From positions 3,905-67,904 of the forward strand of contig JAJDCJ010000008.1 in assembly GCA_029260935.1 (NCBI GenBank): DNA of 64,000 nucleotides. Direction: 5' to 3'. Numbering within the stretch: position 1 is the stretch's first letter; every line of letters starts with the position of its first letter. Under the pieces are notes generated by a model. The model was not told the DNA's origin, did no database searches, and saw nothing but the letters and a program-made list of their open reading frames with translations. The position numbers were made by a program, and so were the translations under genes. Below, piece after piece: positions 57,025 to 64,000 of this stretch. Source of the DNA: Patescibacteria group bacterium (GTDB taxonomy: Bacteria > Patescibacteriota > Minisyncoccia > Phycocordibacterales > Phycocordibacteraceae).

Positions 57025-57146
57025 CCCACGCCAACACTCTTGGCTTTTGTTTTATATAAACGTATTGAAAATTATTACAGTACGGTGCATACTGAAAGAG
57101 AGCCGCAACGACGGCACTCCTTAAAAAGTAAAACAGAAAGTCAGTT

Positions 57147-57473
57147 ATGAATGATCAAGAATTTTTAGAATACGTAGTAAAAGGACTAGTAGATAACCCG
57201 GATGACGTACAGGTACATCGTCAGGTAGATGAAATGGGTGTACTTCTTACATTGGATGTAAGTCCAAATGATATGGGGAAGGTAATTGGTCGCTCAGGAA
57301 ACACTGCAAAAGCAATTCGCATTCTTCTTCGTGTCGTTGGTATGAAAAATAACGCTCGCGTTAACTTGAAGATCAATGAACCCGAGGGAAGTCAAATGGG
57401 TGGCGCGGTGGATGCTCCACAGCAATCAGCATCAAGAAGCGTTGATGAAGCTCTTGAGGACCTAAAACTCTAA
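57147..57473 (+). CDS. KH-domain RNA-binding protein (YlqC/KhpA-like)
   Basis: 'VIGRSGNTAKAIRILLRVVG' KH GXXG motif. Conserved position between rpsP and trmD. Confidence 0.8.
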   Translation: MNDQEFLEYVVKGLVDNPDDVQVHRQVDEMGVLLTLDVSPNDMGKVIGRSGNTAKAIRILLRVVGMKNNARVNLKINEPEGSQMGGAVDAPQQSASRSVDEALEDLKL

Positions 57474-57495
57474 TCAAACAAAGAAATTCAGAATT

Positions 57496-57536
57496 AAAAC
57501 GTCAAAACCCCCTACCTAAGGGGGTTTTGACGTTTT
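57496..57536. terminator. Very stable hairpin (AAAACGTCAAAACCCCCT-acct-AAGGGGGTTTTGACGTTTT): bidirectional terminator/attenuator between the KH gene and trmD
   Basis: About 18-bp perfect stem with A/T-run arms. It overlaps the start of the upstream-extended trmD ORF. Confidence 0.55.
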
Positions 57537-57553
57537 ACTGTATATACTGCATT

Positions 57554-58204
57554 ATGAACATCATGCACTTTCACGTTATAACACTCTTTCCAGAAGCGTT
57601 TGAATCCTACATCCACGCGTCAATTGTTGGACGCGCTATTCGTGATAAAAAAATAAAAATATCGTTTTATAACCCTCGCGATTTTGCAAAAAACAAACAC
57701 CGCCGTGTTGACCAAAAACCCTATGGTGGTGGCCCCGGCATGGTGATGGAGGCAGAAAGCGTGTTGCGCGCCACCGAAAAGGCAATCGGGAAAAAGAAAG
57801 ATGTTGAGGTTATTTTCTTTGATACCGGAGGCACAGAGTTTACCAACACTTCTGCACGTAAGATTGTCAAAAAAAATAAACACGTCGTGTTTATATGTGG
57901 CCATTATGAAGGTATAGATGCACGGGTACAGAAAATACTCAAAGCTAAAAAAGTTTCAATAGGAAATTACACGCTCACCGGTGGCGAACTTCCGGCGTTG
58001 GTAGTGATTGACGCAGTATCAAGACAAATAAAAGGCGTGCTTGGAAATTATGATTCACTTGAAGACGACCGCATTTCAAGCTCTGAAGTCTATACCCGAC
58101 CCGAAACACTGGTATGGAAAGGGAAGAGGCATACCGTGCCAAAAGTGCTCTTGTCTGGCAACCACGCCGAAATAGAAAAGTGGAAACAAAACAAAGCCCC
58201 CTAA
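57554..58204 (+). CDS. trmD: tRNA (guanine37-N1)-methyltransferase
   Basis: 'MHFHVITLFPEAFESY...KPYGGGPGMVM' and 'ICGHYEGIDARV'. Confidence 0.9.
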   Translation: MNIMHFHVITLFPEAFESYIHASIVGRAIRDKKIKISFYNPRDFAKNKHRRVDQKPYGGGPGMVMEAESVLRATEKAIGKKKDVEVIFFDTGGTEFTNTSARKIVKKNKHVVFICGHYEGIDARVQKILKAKKVSIGNYTLTGGELPALVVIDAVSRQIKGVLGNYDSLEDDRISSSEVYTRPETLVWKGKRHTVPKVLLSGNHAEIEKWKQNKAP

Positions 58205-58306
58205 CATGTGTGTGAATCTCGAGATTCGCACACAGTGGTCCCTCTACCACCCCTTCCGGAGCGAAGCCACTATCCACAGGGTTGGGTTGACAGACCCACA
58301 AAAAGC

Positions 58307-58335
58307 TTGACGCTCAAACGTCAATAGCGTAGTAT
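58307..58335 (+). promoter_or_regulatory. Candidate sigma70-type promoter upstream of rpoB (TTGACG-17 nt-TAGTAT); the -35 sits within a TTGACG...CGTCAA inverted repeat
   Basis: Hexamer spacing match only; about 135 nt upstream of the rpoB ATG. Confidence 0.3.
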
Positions 58336-58470
58336 GGTCCGTACACACTGTTTTGATTGAGTTTTGGCTGATACCCCGCTTTGAATACATTATTCGCTCA
58401 TACGTTAGGTAAATAATCTAAGGGACGCAAAAGCCCAGGAGAAGGGGTTGTCTGCGTTTTATATTGCATT

Positions 58471-61400
58471 ATGGGACACACCCTCAAACAAAAGCGCTTT
58501 AAACGCTATCGGGACGCTCGCGTTTCGATGCCTGACCTTGTCGGGCCGCAAGTTGCCAGTTTTAAAACTTTCCTGACTGAAGGTTTTCCAGAGCTCCTCA
58601 AGGAGTTTTCTCCGGTCACTGATTATTCAAAGAAAAAATTTGAACTTGAGTTTGTCGGGTTTGAAATAGGTGAACCGAAAGTAGACGAGTATCAGGCAAA
58701 GGAAAATAAAATGTCCTACGACGCGCCTATTAAGGCTACCGTCAAGTTGGTTAACAAGCAGTTAGGTACTAAAAAGGAACAGTCAGTCTTCCTTGCCGAT
58801 ATGCCCATGATGACCAACCACGGCACCTTTATCATAAATGGTGTTGAGCGAATTATCGTACCCCAACTGGCACGAAGTTTCGGCGTCTTTTTCACTTTAA
58901 ACGAGGTAAAAGGGAAGCCACGTTTTGGTGCAAAGATAATCCCTGCGCGTGGCGCGTGGATTGAGCTTGAGTCAGACATTGACGGGGCTATTTATGTAAA
59001 AATTGACAGAAAAAGAAAATTTCCAATCACCACACTTCTCCGTGTCCTCGGAGCAACCTTTGACCGTGACATGCTTACGTTGTTTGAGCGTATCGGGCAC
59101 GGCAAAGCAGCAATACAGGCGACTCTTGAAAAAGACCCAGCAACAACTCCTGAGGAGGCATTTATTGAAATATACAAACGTCTTCGTGATGGTGACTTGG
59201 CAACAAAAGACACCGCACGCGATTACGTGATGGGACTTCTCTCACCTGAGCGCTATGACCTTTCGCATCCTGGACGACACCGCTTTAACCAGCGTTTCTC
59301 AATGCCGATGGACGACAAGACTCTAGAGCGTCGCACACTGTCGCTTGATGATATGGTCGCCATCGTGGGCCATATTATTGAACTGAATAATACTCCAGAC
59401 GCCGAAGCTGATGACATTGACAACCTCGGTTTTCGCCGCGTACGTCAGGTAGGTGAACTGCTTGAAACTCGTGTCCGTGTTGGTCTCTCTCGCATGAAGC
59501 GAAATATCCAAGACCGCATGTCAACAATTGATGCTGAAACATCACTGCCAATGCAAATCGTAAACCCACGACCACTGGCAGCTGCTATTAAAGAATTCTT
59601 TACCGCAAACTCACTTTCGCAACTTGCAAAACAACAGAATATTCTTGAAGAACTTGAAGAGCTCCGTACTGTCTCAGCACTTGGCCCCGGTGGTCTCACC
59701 CGAGAGCGTGCTGGTTTTGAAGTGCGCGACGTGCACACCAGCCACTACGGAAGACTCTGTCCTATCCAGACACCCGAAGGTCCAAATATTGGGTTGATTT
59801 TACGTTTGAGTGCGTACGCCCGCATTAACAGCTTCGGTATTATTGAAACGCCCTATGCAAAAGTTGTAGACGGTGTCGTCACCGATGACATTGTGTACCT
59901 TAATGCATTTGAAGAAGAGGATGTACCTATCGCCCACGCCGCAATTCCCGTGAGTGAAAAAGGCACACTAAAAGACGAGCTTATTGAAGTGCGTTTTAAA
60001 GGCGAGCCAGTGCTCTTGCCGAGAAATGAAGTGAAATATATAGACATCGCCACTAACCAAATGTTTTCAATTGCAACGTCAATGATCCCGTTTGTTGAAA
60101 GTGATGACGCCAACCGAGCACTCATGGGCTCAAACATGCAGAAGCAAGCAACACCCTGCATCGTTCCTGAAGTACCTCTCGTTGCAACTGGTATTGAGGA
60201 AATTGCTGCGCGCGACACCGGACGGCTTATCTATGCCAATGAGTCAGGCGAAGTGGTCTCAGTTGATGCAAAACACATCACTGTAAAAAACACAAAAGGA
60301 AAATCTGAAAATTATACACTCCAGCCATTTACCATGACCAATGAGTTTTCTGCGTTCTACCATCGCCCCGCAGTGGCGCTCGGACAGAAAGTAAAGAAAG
60401 GAGATCTGCTTGCCGACTCATCTTCAACTGACAACGGGCAGTTAGCAATCGGGCAGAATGTACGTGTAGCGTTTATGAGTTGGGCAGGTGCCAACTTTGA
60501 AGATGCCATCATTATTTCAGAACGTCTTGTGCGTAACAGTAAGTTCTCAACCATCCACATGGACGAGTTTGAAGTTGCCGTACGTGACACCAAACTTGGC
60601 CCGGAAATGACCACTCCTGATATTCCAAACGTGTCTGAGATGCGACTCCGCAACTTAGACGAAGAGGGTGTCGTGCGCATCGGTGCTGAGGTACGACCAG
60701 GTGATATTCTTGTCGGAAAAGTTACTCCAAAAGGCGAAACACAGCTGACTCCTGAGGAACGTCTCCTCCGTTCAATTTTTGGCGACAAAGCGAAAGATGT
60801 AAAAGATACCTCGCTCCGTATGGAAGGAGGAAAACGCGGTCGTGTCGTAGGAGTAAAAGTATTCTCACGAGAGAATGGCGACTCGCTTGAGTCAGGAACT
60901 ATTAAGAAAATTTATATTACGGTAGCTCAAGTACGTAATGTCTCAGTTGGTGACAAACTTGCCGGACGCCACGGAAACAAAGGAGTTATCTCCCGCGTTC
61001 TTCCAATTGAAGATATGCCGTATACAGAAGACGGTGAGCCAATTGACGTTATTCTTACTCCACTCGGAGTGCCAAGTCGTATGAACCTCGGTCAGATTCT
61101 TGAGGTTCACTTAGGGCTTGCCGCACATACCCTTGGATACCAGGCAATTGTGCCGCCATTTGCGAGCGCTACTGAAGAGGAAATTAGGGCAGAATTAACT
61201 GAAGCAAACCTTAACCCGGACGGCACTATGGAGCTCTACGATGGTAGAACAGGAGAAAAATTTGATCAAAAAGTCACCGTTGGGTACATGTACGTATTGA
61301 AATTGCACCACATGGTGGAAGATAAGATCCACATGCGCTCTATTGGTCCGTACTCACTTATTACTCAGCAACCGCTCGGTGGTAAAGCACAAAACGGAGG

Positions 61401-61680
61401 ACAGCGTTTTGGAGAAATGGAAGTATGGGCGCTCTTGGGCTATGGCGCGGCATACACACTGCGAGAAATGCTCACTATTAAATCAGACGATATTCAAGGT
61501 CGGTCGGCTGCATTTGACGCGATAGTAAAGGGGAGAGACATTGAACACTCAAACACTCCAGCGTCGTTCAACGTGCTAGTAAATCAGTTGCGCGGACTTT
61601 GTCTGGATGTCGTTTTGGGCAAAGAAGAGGGGAGCGATGACAACTCTACATCACACATCACGCGAAAAAGTACTCGGTAG
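58471..61680 (+). CDS. rpoB: DNA-directed RNA polymerase beta subunit
   Basis: 'GPGGLTRERAGFEVRDVHTSHYGRLCPIQTPEGPNIGLI' and 'RHGNKGVISRVLP'; 1069 aa. Confidence 0.95.
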   Translation: MGHTLKQKRFKRYRDARVSMPDLVGPQVASFKTFLTEGFPELLKEFSPVTDYSKKKFELEFVGFEIGEPKVDEYQAKENKMSYDAPIKATVKLVNKQLGTKKEQSVFLADMPMMTNHGTFIINGVERIIVPQLARSFGVFFTLNEVKGKPRFGAKIIPARGAWIELESDIDGAIYVKIDRKRKFPITTLLRVLGATFDRDMLTLFERIGHGKAAIQATLEKDPATTPEEAFIEIYKRLRDGDLATKDTARDYVMGLLSPERYDLSHPGRHRFNQRFSMPMDDKTLERRTLSLDDMVAIVGHIIELNNTPDAEADDIDNLGFRRVRQVGELLETRVRVGLSRMKRNIQDRMSTIDAETSLPMQIVNPRPLAAAIKEFFTANSLSQLAKQQNILEELEELRTVSALGPGGLTRERAGFEVRDVHTSHYGRLCPIQTPEGPNIGLILRLSAYARINSFGIIETPYAKVVDGVVTDDIVYLNAFEEEDVPIAHAAIPVSEKGTLKDELIEVRFKGEPVLLPRNEVKYIDIATNQMFSIATSMIPFVESDDANRALMGSNMQKQATPCIVPEVPLVATGIEEIAARDTGRLIYANESGEVVSVDAKHITVKNTKGKSENYTLQPFTMTNEFSAFYHRPAVALGQKVKKGDLLADSSSTDNGQLAIGQNVRVAFMSWAGANFEDAIIISERLVRNSKFSTIHMDEFEVAVRDTKLGPEMTTPDIPNVSEMRLRNLDEEGVVRIGAEVRPGDILVGKVTPKGETQLTPEERLLRSIFGDKAKDVKDTSLRMEGGKRGRVVGVKVFSRENGDSLESGTIKKIYITVAQVRNVSVGDKLAGRHGNKGVISRVLPIEDMPYTEDGEPIDVILTPLGVPSRMNLGQILEVHLGLAAHTLGYQAIVPPFASATEEEIRAELTEANLNPDGTMELYDGRTGEKFDQKVTVGYMYVLKLHHMVEDKIHMRSIGPYSLITQQPLGGKAQNGGQRFGEMEVWALLGYGAAYTLREMLTIKSDDIQGRSAAFDAIVKGRDIEHSNTPASFNVLVNQLRGLCLDVVLGKEEGSDDNSTSHITRKSTR

Positions 61681-61709
61681 TTTATTACAGTAATAATTAA
61701 AAGGGATAT

Positions 61710-64000
61710 ATGGAACAAAAAAGAGGAACAACACCAAACACAGCAGACTTTGACTTCATGCTACTGAAGCTTGCGAGTCCTGAGAGTATTTTGGAGTGGT
61801 CATGGGGTGAGGTGAGAAAACCCGAAACAATAAACTACCGTACACAACGTTCAGAAAAAGACGGACTCTTTGACGAGCGTATCTTTGGTCCTGAAAAAGA
61901 CTTTGAGTGTTACTGTGGTAAATACAAAGGTATTCGCTTCCGTGGCATTTTATGTGAAAAATGTGGAGTTGAAGTAACACGCGCAATCGTACGACGTGAG
62001 CGCATGGCGCACATTGAATTGGTCAGCCCTGTTGCTCACATTTGGTTCTTGCGCAGTGTCCCTAGTCGCATCGCCATGATGCTTGGTGTTACCGCAACTG
62101 ACGCAGAAAAAGTCGTCTACTTTGCCGGGTACATTGTAACGAAAGTGAACGAAACCGAACGTGCGCGCCTCATTGGTGAGCTTGAAAGTGAATACAAATC
62201 AAAACTCAAAACAATCACGAATGAAAAAGCTCAGACTGAACTCAAAAGTCTCATGCTTGCGGCAAAAAGTGATATTGAAAGCGTACACGAAGGGAAGGTG
62301 TTGGATGAAATAGACTACCATCGTTTCTCGGTAAAATACGGGAGCTTCTTTGAAGCAGGTATCGGCGCTGAGGCAATTTATAATATCTTTAAGAAACTTA
62401 ACCTTGAGACACTTATTAAAAAACTTGAGGAACGTCTTGAGACAGCCGGAGCCGCCGAGCGTGAAAAAGTGAACAAGCGTCTTGCGCTCGCCCGATCAAT
62501 GAATACTGCAAACATTCGCCCTGAGTGGATGTTCTTGACGCGCATTCCCGTTATTCCACCGGCGTTGCGCCCTATGGTGGCCCTTGAAAGTGGACGTCAT
62601 GCAACATCGGACGTTAACGATCTCTACCGAAGAGTAATCAACCGAAACAATCGTCTCTTGAAACTACGCGACATTTTCGCCCCTGAAGTTATTTTGAGGA
62701 ACGAGAAGCGTATTTTACAGGAAGCCGTTGATGCACTTTTGGACAATTCTATTCGTCGCGGAGGAAGCGCCTACTCACCAGGAAGCGCCGCACAAAAACG
62801 TCCTCTTAAATCACTCGCCGACTACCTTAAAGGAAAGCAGGGTTACTTCCGTTCAAACCTTCTGGGTAAGCGTGTTGACTACTCTGGTCGTTCAGTGATT
62901 GTGGTTGGCCCAAGTCTTGCACTGGACCAGTGTGGACTACCAAAACACATGGCACTTGAACTCTTCCGTCCTTTTGTCCTTTCAAAACTTATTGATCGCG
63001 AACTCGCGCATAACATTCGTGGTGCAGGTCGTCTTATTGAAGAAAGCATCCCTGAAGTGTGGGCAATTCTTGAAGAGGTTATCAAAGGTCGCTACGTGTT
63101 ACTCAACCGTGCACCAACGCTTCACCGACAGGGTATCCAGGCGTTCCGCCCGGTTCTGATTGAAGGAAATGCTATTCAACTACACCCATTAGTAACACCA
63201 GCGTTCAACGCCGACTTTGACGGAGACCAGATGGCCGTTCATGTGCCACTTTCAGACGAAGCACAGCTTGAAGCAAAAACTATTATTTCAGCACACCGCA
63301 ATATCCTGAAGCCAGGTAGTGGTGACCCTGTTGTTGCAACCAGTCACGACATCGCGCTCGGTGTATATTGGATGACGCGAGAAATTGAAGGGGCACAAGG
63401 AGAAGGAAAGTACTTCCACTCACCAAACGCCGCTGGTCTTGCATACGACTTCGCAGACGTATCACTTCAGGCAAAGGTATGGATACAAGCGTCTGCTGAC
63501 TCACCACGCTACGCTGCATTTAATGGTGAGCGTTTTGAAACAACTGTTGGACGTATCCTCTTTAACTCAATTCTGCCAAAGGATTACCCGTACATTAATA
63601 AAGAAATTAAAAAAGGAACACTGGCAAAAGTCATTGACGACCTCATCAAGAAATATGGCATTGATGATATGCCGAGCATTCTTGATAAAATAAAAAACTT
63701 TGGATTTGATTTTGCTACAAAGTCAGGAATTAGCTGGAGTATTGCAGACCTCGTTATTCCTAAAGAAAAAACAAGCATTGTTGAAAAGGCCAGTGGCGAA
63801 GTACGACACATTCAAGAACAGTATCAGCAAGGACTCCTCACTAAAGAAGAAAGAACACGTCTCTCAATTGAGCTTTGGCTTAAAGCCAAAGGAGACCTTG
63901 AAGACCTTGTTATGCCGTCAATTGATCCGCTGTCGTCCGTTGCCACTATGGTCAATTCAGGAGCTCGTGGTTCAACAGGAAACCTTGTGCAGATGACCGG
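61710..64000 (+). CDS. rpoC: DNA-directed RNA polymerase beta' subunit, 3'-partial (runs off the window end; absent from the ORF track because there is no stop)
   Basis: Zn-finger 'CYCGKYKGIRFRGILCEKCGVEV', 'NADFDGDQMAVHVPLS' catalytic loop. Confidence 0.95.
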   Translation, partial: MEQKRGTTPNTADFDFMLLKLASPESILEWSWGEVRKPETINYRTQRSEKDGLFDERIFGPEKDFECYCGKYKGIRFRGILCEKCGVEVTRAIVRRERMAHIELVSPVAHIWFLRSVPSRIAMMLGVTATDAEKVVYFAGYIVTKVNETERARLIGELESEYKSKLKTITNEKAQTELKSLMLAAKSDIESVHEGKVLDEIDYHRFSVKYGSFFEAGIGAEAIYNIFKKLNLETLIKKLEERLETAGAAEREKVNKRLALARSMNTANIRPEWMFLTRIPVIPPALRPMVALESGRHATSDVNDLYRRVINRNNRLLKLRDIFAPEVILRNEKRILQEAVDALLDNSIRRGGSAYSPGSAAQKRPLKSLADYLKGKQGYFRSNLLGKRVDYSGRSVIVVGPSLALDQCGLPKHMALELFRPFVLSKLIDRELAHNIRGAGRLIEESIPEVWAILEEVIKGRYVLLNRAPTLHRQGIQAFRPVLIEGNAIQLHPLVTPAFNADFDGDQMAVHVPLSDEAQLEAKTIISAHRNILKPGSGDPVVATSHDIALGVYWMTREIEGAQGEGKYFHSPNAAGLAYDFADVSLQAKVWIQASADSPRYAAFNGERFETTVGRILFNSILPKDYPYINKEIKKGTLAKVIDDLIKKYGIDDMPSILDKIKNFGFDFATKSGISWSIADLVIPKEKTSIVEKASGEVRHIQEQYQQGLLTKEERTRLSIELWLKAKGDLEDLVMPSIDPLSSVATMVNSGARGSTGNLVQMT

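Overview
This is a densely coded bacterial window with long single-strand gene runs. The gene content and protein architectures suggest a small-genome Patescibacteria/CPR-like organism; this is inference only. The clues are a truncated ThrRS, a single-chain mitochondrial-type PheRS, a short SMC, a NusB-NUDIX fusion, a type IV pilin, a sortase, and giant Thr/Gly-rich surface proteins.

Core genes recognised from conserved motifs: a pentose-phosphate cluster (gap, rpiB, rpe-like, split transketolase); cfa; a PfkB kinase; an FAD oxidase; rplY, rpmE, prfA, rpsB, tsf; tRNA-Thr(UGU); a QxxRW family-2 glycosyltransferase; gyrB with an HNH intein at the EGDSAGG site; thrS, dnaE, rnhB, rpmF, nusB-nudix, rnc, pilin, smc, gdh, rnr, rpsP-KH-trmD, rpoB and the 5' part of rpoC.

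Accessory content: positions 1-10.1 kb carry giant repeat-rich surface or tail-fibre-like proteins. ORF1 has a phage-type S74 intramolecular-chaperone domain, and its C-terminal Ig-like + Pro/Thr cassette is duplicated in a second gene. A sortase sits at 36.5-39.6 kb next to a PYTG-motif surface protein.

The most striking signal is a REP/RAYT-type repeat system. Two IS200/IS605-like HuH tyrosine transposases (HYHLL / HIHWL motifs) are each flanked by their own palindromic REP family. REP-A has the core GACGTC-S-GACGTC and occurs at least 8 times across the window. Two copies sit in-frame inside surface-protein genes, exactly at the boundary of the duplicated C-terminal cassette. One copy sits in-frame inside its own RAYT gene. 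Further unrelated palindrome families are dispersed intergenically, often paired with REP-A. They are CCCCATTACGGAAGTCTGACTTCCGTAATGGGG (4 copies), GGACATCCGATGTCC (2 tandem copies) and GGACACGGCGTGTCC (1 copy).
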